64,000 nucleotides of DNA. It comes from Moniliella sp. 'wahieum'. Lineage: Eukaryota. Positions 1 through 13,591 of the stretch are shown here, piece after piece. The translations under genes and the position numbers were made by a program. The stretch lies in contig RSEE01000007.1 in the NCBI GenBank assembly GCA_003971905.1, forward strand, positions 558,001 to 622,000. The letters run 5' to 3'. How positions within the stretch are numbered: the stretch's first letter is position 1; every line of letters starts with the position of its first letter. A model generated the notes under the pieces. That model was not told the origin of the DNA and ran no database searches. It was given only the letters and a program-made list of their open reading frames with translations.

Positions 1-2408
1 CGTGCTTGGTGATGGAATCATCGCTTTCCCCTTCGTGGTCGGGCTTGCCAGTGCCGGGCGAAGCGAGGGCTGTTGGGATCTGCTCGTCCTGGCCCGACTC
101 TTGTTGCGTAATGGCCGTGGTGGGGGGTTGGACAGACGGCGATCCCGCCCCGGCTTCTCCGCCGGACCAGGCGCGACATATCTTGCGCATCCGCATACCA
201 TTCGCCCACGGATCCCGTTTCTTGGGATCCTAGTTGCCGGCTTAAGACCACTGGAGATTCGGCTCCCGGTTCGTCCGGATCGAGCTTGGCCTCCCCCATT
301 GCTTTTGCGCCGGATGAGGCTTGGGTCGGCAAAGGGGATTCGTCGAACAATGGTTCGCCCGAGCGTTTTTTCGTAAATCGGTGTTGGCACTACCTCCGGC
401 ACCACTTGGACCACCTTCTCGGCAGGCTGGGAATTTTTCCGGCGCAGGCCAGGCATGGGCGAAGTCAAAAGGGACAATGGGTTCTTGCCCTTGCCCGTCT
501 TGGTTGACGCCTTATGAGAGGGACACGCTCCGGCTTACGACAGGAGCACGAGCTGGATTCTGATCATTCTCCTGCTTCCTTCTCCTTCCTTCTCCTTTCC
601 CTTTCCCTTTCCCTTTTCTTTTCTGTTTCCTTCTCCTGGGGTGACTCTGCTTCTTCGGGCATCGACGCCAACGGTTCCTCCCTACCGGGAGAAGAGACGT
701 GCATGGTGCCTTGGCTTAAGGAGCGACGAGAAATCCGTACCCCCCATGACGAGTGGTGCGGTGGCAAATCGGACTTTTCTGTCGGACCCAGGGAGCGGTG
801 GGCTGACGCCGATCCAACGCTGGCATTGGACCCAAACGAATGGGACATGCGCGTCGGTTGGCCCATCAAGTTGGTTGACGTTAAGGCGCTAAACAGGCTA
901 CCCAAGGATTTCCCATTGCCCGTGGACACGGGAGTACCAGAACCCGTGCCACTGCCAGCCCCACCGGACCGACTGCGACTCATTCCATCCTCTAGAAGGG
1001 GCGGGTCGGGGGCGCTCGAGGCCGAACCACCCGCCCGCCCAAGGGGCGGCCGACGCGGAGGCTTACTGAGCGGAGTGGTGAGCGCCGACAACCCGCGGGG
1101 GGTCCGGACGGGCTCCGCCTCCCAGCCTCGTACCGCCTCCGTCGGGGGTGGAACGGGGGTACGACAGTAGGCGCCGTGCTTTCGGACGAGGCGGGCGGAC
1201 CAGCATTGAGCACGGGGTTATTCCGTCCGAGGGGAAAGCGCTTGGGCTTACCGGTAGCGGTGGCTGTGGGGGTGGATGAGGAGGGGGATGTGGCTAGAGG
1301 AGTCGGAGGGGAGGGGTGGGAAGAAGAGGGCCGAGGCGGGGAGGGGCGGGGGCGCGCCTGATGCCGGCGGGGAGGCAGCGGGGGAGGAGGCACAGCCGCC
1401 GCGGGGCTTGCATGGGCGGCGGCGCGATTGGTACGGCAGCCATTGTAGGGGGCATCCAGGGCGAAGAGGAACTGCTGCCAGGGAGGGGGCCGGATGCGGA
1501 GCGCCGCGTGGCGGCTGTCAGTGCTGCCGCACGCGCCTTGTACCCTGCTTCGGCCGAGGACGGCATGCCCGGCAAGACACGGGGGTGAGAGTGGGAGTGC
1601 GCCTGGGCCTGGGCCTGGGCTGGGCCTGCTGGGCAAGGCGCGTCTGTCGGTGCGTGCCGAGCGCGGGCTGGGCCGGAAGGAGCGTTTGGGACGGCATGGC
1701 CGGGCCGCCTGCGGCTGGGTGGCAGCCAGGGCAGCGGCGGTCAACGGACCGGCCGCTGGCGATGGCTGGGACAGGACGCGCGGCTTGGTAGGCTGCGTGC
1801 GGCGGTAGTTGAACTGGTGGTAGTTCGCTCCCGGGTTGGCTGCAATCGACGACGAGTGGGACGACGGCTCCCTTGCCGGCTGGAGAACATAGTTGAGGCC
1901 GAGTTGCTCGCGTTGAAGTTTGGCGGAGCGGGCGGATTTGGTACCGGACGACCGTGGCGGTGGCGGGGAGGGAAGGGGCGGGGACTGGAAGACGTGGCCC
2001 TTGGGGCGGTCTGGGAGCTTGAGGTCGGCCAGGGTAAAGGGCGGCACAATGTCGATCGCCACCACGTCTCAGGCTCGAGGAGGGAGCAGTCGTGGTCGTC
2101 GCGCAGGACAAAGGCATCGTCGTCGCGGGCGTCCTGCACGTCGGCCTGGACGAGGCGGAGACGCAGCATCTGGTTGCGCCAGCCGTGGAGCGCATGCAGG
2201 CGCACTTCCTGCGCGGGGGTGAGGGAGACACTGGCGTGGGAGGCATCGGGCTCGGGGGCGGTGAGGATGTGGATGATGGCGAGCTTGAGGTGGGCGATGG
2301 GGGTGGAGGGCGGGGGAGGGGGGGGGGGGACGAGGGCGGGGAGGGGCGGGCGGGTGGCGAGGGCGATGCTGGGCATGCTGGCGCGGCGGCGGGGGTGGGG
2401 GTGGGCAT
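1..2408 (-). CDS. Hypothetical low-complexity Pro/Ser-rich protein, frameshifted, runs off the window's left edge
   Basis: Chain of overlapping minus-strand ORFs (1741-2460, 992-2065, 564-1091, 18-350) with protein-like segments such as AHLKLAIIHILTAPEP..RLHALHGWRNQMLRLRLVQADVQD and VAIDIVPPFTLADLKLPD. Candidate ATGs at 2408 and 2376. No family recognised. Confidence 0.5.
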
Positions 2409-4854
2409 GGGCGGGAGGAGGAGCGGCGGGGCGCAGGCAGGCGGGCGAAGGCAGGCACACCGAGTGGATGGATGCTCAGTCTGTCTCTGGCTGTGCGCAC
2501 CCAAAGCACGGAGTATCGCATGTATACATCCCTGATTAATCAGAGCCCCAGCCGGCCTGCGCCCCCGAGACACGCCGGCATTCCTCGGCACGAGCGCAGT
2601 CGCCCTAGCGCCGCTGTCTGCTGAGCCCACACTGGCGCTGTGCGGCGAACGCTGAGCTCATCCTGAGCACAGGCCCACCCGAGCCCACCGCGCCCCCTGG
2701 CATCCGCTGGCACCTCCTGGCAGCGGCCTGCGCGGGCCTGCGCGGGCTGATGCACCCAGCCTCTGCACCGGACGCTCAAACGTTCAACACCCGACGACAG
2801 TACGCAGGTACGTCCGTCCGCAGTCTGAGTACTGAGTTCTGGGCAGACCCAAAACGTCCAGCGGCCGTCCAGCAGTCCCGTCTTCCCGCGCCCGGCGACA
2901 CTGTGCGCACCCGTCCCTGATCGGTGACCGATGATCTGGGCGATCATTCGATGACGTAGGGTGCCGCTCAGGTCGAACACACACCCCGAAAACGTTAAAT
3001 GGGAACGGGCAGCCGGCCAGTCACGAGCAGCTAGTAACTACCCATCGGAGTACCAGCAACTCGTACCGCGCAACCGTAAGCGTAGCCACTCCAATCACTA
3101 GTCAGTATCCTATTCAACCCCACGAGATAGAGGGATTTGGCCTGGGCACCAACCCTGTCTCCATCCGCCCTCCTGATAAGCGAGAGCAGCCCCTGCGCGC
3201 GCCTCGGCCTCTACGCCGCCCCAGCTCTGCGTGCTGCCCATCCCGCCCCCCTCCTCCACCCCTCCGTCCTCCCTCCCTCCCTCATTTTCTTCTCCTTGTG
3301 ACGCGCATCTATGGTGGCCCAACTCTCTGGGGTCTCTGCCCCTGTCAGGCTCTTCTCTCGTGAAACAGAACCATCAGCTCCTCCCTTTGCCTCTCCTCCT
3401 CTTCTCCCAAGGACAGAGCAAACAGAATAATAATGCGTGCACCACAACCAGATCTGTGCTTTGATCAGCCATACATCTGCTTGCCGTGCATACGTCCCAA
3501 AACGGGCCCTACCGGTGGGAGGAGAAAAGGCTGCGGTCAGGAGTCAGTACTCAGTATAATGCACCGTGAGACAAATGCTGATGTGGGAAGACAAAGGGAG
3601 GAGAACGACAATCGCCGGGACGAGCGAGGGGGGCATTTCCCACCCAAAACAAACCTGTTTTGACAGCAGCGGCAAGGGCAGGTCAGTGTATGCGCCGCTC
3701 TTGCTCGAAGCTGGGTCAGACACAAGTGAGTCGATGACCGAAAAGGGGGCGGGGGGAAGGCGCGCGGGTTGGAGTCCGTAAGCAATGCGCATCCCGCAAT
3801 CCAAGGCGGGTATTGCTAACCAAAGGGTGGAGCGGGATCAATGAACACGGCAAGAAAAGGGCTTTTCATGGAGGTGATGAGCCGATCCCAAGACGCTCGT
3901 TCATCTGAGGGCGATGGTAGAGGCGATGTCAACTGTGAGCAATGGCGATGTAAGCAAGGGAAAGTGAAGACAAAGGGGGAAGAGGCAATGGAGTCGATGA
4001 GACTAGCATGCGGGTTTGCATACAACAGGTAAGACCATGCACTAGCGCAGTAGAACCAAGGAGGCGCGCCACGTGACATACTCGTGGTGACCTGGGCACT
4101 GGCCAGCCGCAGTCACGCCCAGCATTAGCGTGCTGGCTGCGGCCTACTAGCGACCCTTCGAGCTAAAGTCGGCTACTCGGCGGCAATCTCACCAGAATCC
4201 TACGCAACACGATTGCCCAAGCGGGCTCCGCGCTCCGCGCGCTCCGCTTGAACCACAAGAGGCAGAACCTGGCAGAACGCGCGTATCGCGTCCCCACGTT
4301 CCCGCCCAAGCCGTACGCTGCCGGACCTCTGTGTTCCCCGCTGCTCCACCCGGACACATCACAATGGACTCCATCACTTTTTGATAGCGCAACGTGTATA
4401 TTACCCCCTGTGTCCAGAAGCCACCACAGCCGCGACTTGGACATGATCAGGGTCACGGGTACTTTATCGGTCTGACGGCCTTGCATCCAATGGCTTTTGC
4501 GCTTGCTGCTTCGGGTTAGAAATCGGCACGAACAAATGCACGATGCGGGCGAGTCGTGGCGTGAAGTTTCCGGTCTCCCAAACCCTATCTGGTTGCAACG
4601 ATACAGCATAGGCGCGCCCGCAAACGGCGCAAACGGAAATCTCCGCCATCAATCCCCCTCTGGTGCAGGGGTGAGGCGGGGGTGGTAAGAGAGAGAAGGG
4701 GGGGAAGAAGAAAATATAAAAAGCACAACCGACCAAGGGGTCACACGGAGTGCTGCAGTCCATCCGGCGTTTGCGTGCGGGGCAATGACAGACGCTTCAA
4801 CTCATTGTTAACTTGTCCAGCGGAACAGCAGATAGAGGGGGGAAAGACTTCTCC

Positions 4855-6325
4855 TTAGGGGCGGCTGCGCAGAGCCTCGCGCAATGAATTGCCTGCGTCT
4901 CGGCTGGACCCCGGGCGGCCAGCTGGTGAAGCAAACCGGGCGACCTGGGCCTCGATCTGCTGCAGCTCTGCCAACTTGGTCAGATTCACAAGGAAAGATG
5001 TACCGTCTCCTTCGCTGCAAGAGAGGGGAAGGCACGTCAGTAAAAGGAACAGGACGTAGGCGGCAGGTAAAGGATGCAAGGACGTACGAGGGCATAGTGG
5101 GCCTCCACCATTGCCGCCAATCTCGGCCAAACACAGTGACAAAGTTCTGCCAAGGCCCTACATCGTACACGTTAATCGCCCGTGCGCGAGCACGAAGGCG
5201 TGACCGTTCTGGCTTGCTTAGGCCTGCTGTTCTCTCTTCAGTACAGGCAGCCTGCTCATCAGGCGCCACTCGGATTCTGTTCCCCCCCTCCACGTTCTCA
5301 ATGGTGGTGGTGTTGTGCAAGAGAGGTTAATATGGAAGGAGGTGAACAGAAGCAAGACAAAGGCAAACACCAGCGTCACAACCACCAAGCTGACCTGCAG
5401 TATCACATGCTCACGAGGCAGGTGCCGGTCCGAGGGCCGAAGCCACAACACCACAGACTGGTACAGCTCGCAGCCAGCAGGACAATACAGAGGAGCGTGG
5501 CATGCAGCAGCAGCAGCACAAATGCCTTGTATGTGCGCCATCCGACACAGCTGGAGGCCAACCAAGGACAATGGTGGTCCATCCGCAAAATGCACTTGTT
5601 GCACACGCGGCAGTGGTGCGCCCGATCTGGCTTGGGCAACTTGCACTTGCTGCACCACCTTTGCCCACCTCGCGCTTTGACGCTCAACCCAGACACCAGC
5701 ACGGGCGCGGCGTTGGCCAAAAGGGGTGTGCGCTCGGTGTTTGGCGGTTGGTCGGGGTCGATGAGGGAGCTTTGGTCCTCATGAGCAGGAGGAGGAGGCT
5801 CCGCTGCACCACTGACAGCCTCCTCAGCGGCAGGAAGGGTGGCCAAGTCGCTGGTGTAGCCAGGGGAGCGGAAAGAGGCAACCAAAAAGCACCAGAGAAA
5901 CATCCCACCCAGTAGATAGACCAGCACCACCAGCATCACAGCCCTCCGTGGCCATTCGAGCAGGTGCACCATCCCCACGCCACCGACAGGCTCGTCCCCA
6001 TTCCAAACCCAAGCACGACGAGCGCTAGGCAAAAGGGGCCCCAGCGCAACACTGTCCTGAGCCGGGCCAGTACGCCGTGCGCGAATGGGCAGGCGCATGG
6101 ATGCCACCACAGGCAGGCATGGTAGAGCGCGGGCTGGACAGGCGCGAAGGGCGAAGCGGGTGGGTGAGCAGACGCACCCACTCGCGCGTGCCCAGCGACA
6201 ACGACGCCAAGCGCGCCACTGCGCTTGCTGAGCCTCAGCGGCCGAGGCTGAGAACCGTCGGGGCCCAACCCTACTGCGGGGGGCGGGGGGGGGGCTGGTT
6301 ACCGGTTACGTCACCAAGGGGGCAT
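4855..6325 (-). CDS. DHHC (zf-DHHC) palmitoyltransferase, Pfa3-like
   Basis: RWCSKCKLPKPDRAHHCRVCNKCILRMDHHCPW cysteine-rich domain, flanking TM segments, TTIE motif (TTTIEN), C-terminal NVYDVGPWQNF..VFG and GDG.SF after a short intron (~5020-5085). Several 1-nt frameshifts; start uncertain. Confidence 0.92.
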
Positions 6326-6460
6326 AGACCCCTGCAGCATGCCACACGTCAGCACGTGCCTGCCGCCTGCCATTTCCAATTGCAACTGGAGCCCCAAAGT
6401 TGCATTCTCGGCTCTCGGAACGTGCGTGGCGGAGGGGCGCGCACGCGGCCAGTCTCTTCC

Positions 6461-6481
6461 CGTCGCGTCGCGCGTCGCGTA
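6461..6481. promoter_or_regulatory. Cluster of MCB-like (ACGCG) elements upstream of MCM5
   Basis: cgtcgcgtcgcgcgtcgcgt, about 140 bp upstream of the MCM5 ATG. MBF/MCB sites are typical of G1/S replication genes, but the GC-rich background weakens significance. Confidence 0.4.
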
Positions 6482-6615
6482 TGCAAGGGATGCGATGCGA
6501 TGCGGGCGGGGCGCGGCGGCTGCCTCGGCGCGCCGCAACCCAGGTTTGACGCTGAGCGCGTGAGGCTGGCCCGCGTCGGCCGCATCGGTTTCTCTCCTGC
6601 CACCAATCCACCGCC

Positions 6616-8899
6616 ATGTCTGGCTTTGACCTCGGACGCCAGTTCACCACCGCCATCCTTCCCGGCCAGGGCACCGAGGAGAGCGCCGCCTTTATTGCCG
6701 GCGCCACTTACGCCCAGGTCGAGGCGACGCTCTACGACTTTCTCCATGCCTTCCGTATCAACAACGACTACCTCTATCGCGACCGTCTGCGGGCCAACCT
6801 TGCGGCCAAGCAGTACGTTCTCGAGGTGGCTCTGGAGCATGTCCAGCTCTGGAATCAAGTTCTGGCCCAGGCCTTGCGCGAGCGTCCGGCCGAGGTCCTT
6901 CCTCTCGTACGTTCTCCCTTCCTTCACGCCCCCGCATGTTATGGCTATGTGCTAATCACCGTCCTTCCCTTTCCCAGTTTGAATCGGCCCTCCGCCGCGC
7001 TTCGCAACGCATCCTCTACCCTATTGCTGCCGGGGGAGAGAAGAACCGGCCCGAGGCGCCAGAGATGCAGATCACGCTCCGCTCTTCCGCCAACCTGGTG
7101 AGCATGCGTGACCTGCACGCCGACTCTATCACCCACCTGGTACGCGTACCCGGGATCGTGATTGGCACCTCTCAACTCGCCTCCCGCGCCGCCAAGTTGA
7201 CCATCATGTGCCGCGACTGCAAAGCGACCAAAGCGCTGTCCATCACAAGCGGGTTTAGTGGATTCACCTTGCCACGTAGGTGTGATGCTCCGGCACAAGA
7301 AGGTGAGGCAAAGCGGTGCACGCTCGACCCTTATGTTGTGATGCATGATCGCTCCACCTTTGTCGACTCGCAAACGGTCAAGCTCCAAGAAGCGCCCGAT
7401 ATGGTACCAACAGGGGAGCTGCCACGGCATATGCTCTTGTCGATCGATCGGGCGCTGTGTGGTCGTGTGGTGCCTGGGGCTCGGATTGTCGCGGCGGGCA
7501 TCTACTCGACCTATGCGCCTCAGGCAGCCAAAAACAATCCCGGTGCAGTGGCGCTCCGGACGCCGTACCTGCGTGTGATTGGTCTGGAGATTGATGCCGA
7601 GGGCGCAGCGGGACGAGGAGCGTCGCGTATCTTTACCCCCAACGAGGAGGAAGAGTTTCAGCGGATCGCGCGCCTTCCCAATTTGTACGACCGCTTTGCT
7701 AGCAGCATTGCCCCTTCCATCTATGGCAATACCGAGATCAAGCGAGCTGTGACTTGCCTACTGTTTGGTGGTTCCAAGAAGATTCTACCGGATGGCATGC
7801 GTCTCCGTGGGGACATTAATGTGCTGTTGTTGGGCGATCCCGGTACGGCCAAGTCGCAACTACTCAAGTTTGTCGAAAAGGCAGCCCCGATTGCGGTCTA
7901 CACCTCGGGCAAGGGATCCTCCGCCGCAGGTCTGACGGCCAGTGTGCAGCGCGATGCCAACACGCGCGAATTTTATCTCGAAGGTGGTGCCATGGTTCTG
8001 GCCGATGGCGGTGTGGTGTGCATTGATGAGTTTGACAAGATGCGCGACGAAGACCGGGTGGCGATCCATGAGGCCATGGAGCAGCAAACCATTTCGATCG
8101 CCAAAGCGGGCATTACCACCATTCTCAACGCACGCACCTCCGTCTTGGCCGCTGCCAACCCCGTGTTTGGACGGTACGACGAGTCGCGCACGCCCGGTGA
8201 GAATATTGATTTCCAATCGACCATCCTGTCCCGGTTTGACATGATCTTTATTGTCAAGGACGAACACGACGAGGCTCGGGACCGCACGATTGCCCGTCAC
8301 GTTATGCAAATTCACATGGCCGGCCGTGACGATGAGGTGGCGGAGGGAGAGTTGGACATGGAGACGATGAAGCGCTATGTGGCATATGCCAAAGCGCGCT
8401 GTGCCCCCCGTCTGTCAGCACGGGCTGCAGAAAAGCTGTCGTCGTACTATGTTTCGCTTCGTCGCCAGCTGGCCCAGATTGAGCAGGATGCCGATGCCCG
8501 CTCCTCCATCCCGATCACGGTGCGTCAGCTCGAAGCGATTGTCCGCACCGCCGAGTCGTTGGCCAAGGTCACGCTCTCCGTCTCGGTGGACGAGGCCCAT
8601 GTGGACGAAGCCATGCGATTGTTCCGTTTGTCGACGATGGATGCTGTCCAGGCTGCAGGCGCAGCGACCGGCGACCTGACACGCAAGAGTTGGCCGACGA
8701 AATGAACCGGCTGGAGCGGGACATTCGACGGCGTTTGCCCATTGGCTGGTCCACCTCCTATGCCAAATTGCGACAAGAGTTTGTGGACGCCCAGGGCTTT
8801 TCCCCACATGCGTTGGAAAAGACCTTGTTTGTATTGGAGAAGCGCGATGTGCTTCGCTTCTCCAACCAGCGCAAGGCTCTCACCCGTACAGGCGTGTGA
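6616..8899 (+). CDS. MCM5: DNA replication licensing factor Mcm5
   Basis: MSGFD start, Zn finger [40 protein letters not shown] (Walker A), IDEFDKM (Walker B), SRFD Arg finger, C-terminal winged helix. Intron ~6907-6978; 1-nt frameshift near 8685. Confidence 0.97.
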
Positions 8900-9698
8900 G
8901 CTCGGCAGCTCCCACGACGCCTGCTTTCTTGGCGTGTTTTGTTTTGTTTTGTACTTGTATCTCATTTAGCCACTTTGCCATTCCAAGTCAGGTCTGTCTG
9001 CACTGCCGATAAAATGCAGAAAGCAGGTCTGTCTTCCAACGTGAATCTTGACAAAAGGCGCCTGTTAGCAACCTGCGGTCCCGAACGTATTCATAGTTCA
9101 AGGCGCCGTATCACCCTTTTGCCCTCTTTGACCTCCCAGGCCTACGCATCTATACGCCGGGTTGCACGAACCCTATTTTTTCCTTCACGCGTGGCATGAG
9201 GCCTAGAGCTGGACCTCCACCACCTCCTTCGCCATTGCATGGTATTGCTGTACGTCTCCAGAGATGCTCTACCGAATAGTACCATGAGTTGCCCGGGTCT
9301 TACAACGTCTCTTCTCCGATCTCCGATCCGGGTCCGTCTCCTCTATCTCAACTTGAGCGATCAGCGCCACAGAGCTGTGGTGGCCTCGGCCCTTCTTTCG
9401 CCGCTAGGGGAATCGAGCGAGTACATAAGAGAGTGAACTGACCGAAATAGCGCCATCGCCGGAATCAAGAGGCAAAACGTCATAAATGAGGTGCATACAC
9501 ATGCAACGTTGGCCAACGGGAGGCGTGGAAGGCGTATAGGGGGGGAACAGTTGGTAACGCGAAGGGGGAGGGGGGGGCGCCAACTCAACGAGCAGACAGT
9601 AGGATGCTCTGTGTCCGAGCGAGACGCCTGCGTCAAGCGGGCAAGATTCATGCCAGGGAGAACAAGGCACAACGGGACAGTCCACGCTCCCTTCTCAT

Positions 9699-10963
<1,265 letters not shown>

Positions 10964-11737
10964 GATGTAGATGTGGGAGTCGACAGCGGCTGCGACGACT
11001 TGGCTCCAGCCGATCGGTGCGCTCCCCCTCGCCAGAGCACCCAGCGGGGCCACAGCCTGGCCCTCTGCCCTGACACTGGCGCCGTAGCGGGGCGCAGCAC
11101 CGGAATCAGGCTCTTGATTCCGCTCGGGAAGCTGGATTTGATTTTGATTTTTGATTTACTCCCACAGATATTGTCCGCATTTGCAGAAGCAGAGACACTA
11201 AGCGCCTACTTTCAGAGGAGCAAAACTAGCGTGGCCGGTTTGGTGGTATACTCTCCTTTCGGTGTCATATGTGTCCAGTAGGGTGGCAACACGAAGGTGA
11301 ATGGTTTCGTGGGGGATACCGTAATACTCTTTTCAGTGGAGGAGTGCCCTCTATCTGCCCCACTATCATATAGTTTTGTGTGTGGTGTTTTTTGAATCTC
11401 AGTCGGAAGCAGAGAATGCTTTTTGACTTGCTGGTGACACCATTGACCCATAATTTGGTGCGGAGCTGGATTAGCTGTACAGTGGCTCTGGTGGCCGGTG
11501 GACGTCACGTTTCCTCTGTCCAGTCCTAAAAGACTTCGAAAAGGATTGAATTCACAAGTGGTCGGCAAGAGAGTTGGAAGGGAGTCGGTAACGCGGGGTA
11601 AATCGTCATCTTATAGGCGGAATGCTGTTGGGCAAGGTGGAATTGAAATGACCGAGAGGGAAGCTTCGTATTTTCAGGAGCTCCTCGCCTGGTCCCCGCG
11701 TCATAGCCTGTTGGCCGCTACCACCACTACCTCCATT

Positions 11738-12261
11738 ATGGTCCAACTCGAGGAGACGACCGACGAACACTTGCGCCGTTCCCAAACTGATGCCGAGGAA
11801 TGGGAGGACGAGGACGAAACGGGGAGTGTTGTATGTCTTAGTCGTCTCTCTCGTTTGTGTCAACATACTGATCGGAAGTTTCCCTTACAGAGCTCAATTG
11901 CATCATCCGAAGATGATGAGCCACTTGAGGAGACACTTGCCGAACATCTAGCCGCACTCAAGGACATTGTACCCCCAAGCACTCGTGCTGCCGTATCGGG
12001 TGCAGTGTCTACCGTGACAGGCTTTACCTGGGGGCTCGGCGCGTTTGCAGGCCGGGCAGCTTGGATCCTAACCACATCGGCTCTTTTGGTTGGTCTCCCG
12101 TTTGCGCTTGCCGTTGAAGACGAGGCAAGGTTTGCGATGCAAGAGCGGGAAATGGGAGGCCAATCATCTGGTGCTTCCGCCATGCTCGGAAATGCCCCAA
12201 GCTCCCTGCTGCTCCTGCAGGTCAACAGCCTCAGGAGGGTCTACGTCCGCCCGGCTTCTAA
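11738..12261 (+). CDS. TOM22: Mitochondrial import receptor subunit Tom22
   Basis: MVQLEE acidic N-terminus, ETL.E.LAALKDIVPP, TM segment AWILTTSALLVGLPFALAVEDE. Intron 11831-11890; C-terminus GLRPPGF after a frameshift. Confidence 0.9.
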
Positions 12262-13157
12262 AACTCTTTTGTCCATGTCGAGCTTGAAGCTTTGCCTCTT
12301 TTCCCCATGGGCAGGATGGGTAGGTCGCGCTCATCCTCACCTTCTGTTGCTTTTAAGCCTGCACCGCGCCAATTTCGTTTATTTGCACTTGACCCCCTAT
12401 CATTCTGTCCCCCTACTACGACCATTCATTTGTGTACACTTTGCTCTTTTGACACGCGCTCCATCGCAATTCATAGCAGTCATTGGAGATGGCCGCTGCG
12501 CTAGGGAGGTGAATGATGAATATTGGATAGCAAATGTGATCAGGGAGGTAAGTTAAGGGGCGAGTTGGTCGGGGGTGAAGTTCAGTCTGTCGCAGAGGGC
12601 GGGCGGTATCCGCGGTATCGCGGTTCTCAATGGCAGGCGTCTAAATACCTCGGGGATGCGATTGTCCTTCCCCCATCCCGTCGTAGAGAAGGGCCCTTAG
12701 GCTTGCGCTCGCATTTTATCGAAGCGCTGCAGCGTGTGCATACTATCATTGACCTTTTTAATGTTCCATCGCAGACTAAATGTCAGCAGAGGCTGTTCGG
12801 CATCCTGGTTTGGCGGACCCCGCGCGTGGAACGTAGCTGAAGACATTGATTGTAATGCCACCTCTCTGCGTTAAAATCGACAACACTATTGCTCCATTCC
12901 AAGGCGTGTTCGCTTCCTGTCATGATCGCAGCAGAAAAGTAGGGCACAAAAAGATCGACATGTGTCCCCAATTCGAGAGGCCTGGGAGCAAGTCGGCACA
13001 GACCCTGCTGCATCTGCACCACACAAATCCACACACGCAATAGAAGGAAGGAAACCAACTCTGGATCCAGTGGTAGGGTGCAGCAATAACCAGAGCGAAG
13101 GGAGGGGAGGGCGCGGAATACAGTGTAAAGCCGGGAGAACCCTTTTGGAAACAACAT

Positions 13158-13591
13158 CTACTTAGAAGCAGATGCCGATCCCGTTTGTTCCTTAACGGCT
13201 GACGAAGCCTGAGCAAACAGCTCACCTGCTCGGGTCTGAAGCAGCTCAAAGGTAGACGCCGATGTGGGCGCCGATTGGGCTTCGGGCGAGCCAGCAGGCA
13301 GGACCCGCACGTTTGGCAGCGTCACGGGGTTGGCAATGCGCAGTCGGAATAAGAGCTGCCTAGGCCAAATCCGAGCCCTAGCCAGATAGGCCAAGCGCGA
13401 CCTAGGACACCCAAGTCAGCTTCGCACCTCGCGTCCCCGACAAGGCAGGGAGAACGGGACGTACGCTTAAAAACAAGTAGCGACAAGACCGCACCCGAAG
13501 CAAAGCCGAGGCCGGTAGTGACAAAGCCGTTGGCGACACACAGGTCGGTGCGCTCTCCAACCAGGCCAGTGGGGGGGGCAGTGGCAGCCAT
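13158..13591 (-). CDS. MIC10: MICOS complex subunit Mic10
   Basis: DLCVAN..VTTGLGFASGAVLSLLVFKR[intron ~13403-13464]RAWPIWLGLGFGLGSSYSDC: two Gly-rich TM helices flanking the FKRR.WP motif. Confidence 0.9.

Noticed and set aside
4510..4519. Telomerase RNA template call (CTAACCCGAA, minus strand)
   Set aside because: Mismatch in the putative alignment region and no convincing pseudoknot or CR4/5. Kept only as a remark under the structured-region finding.
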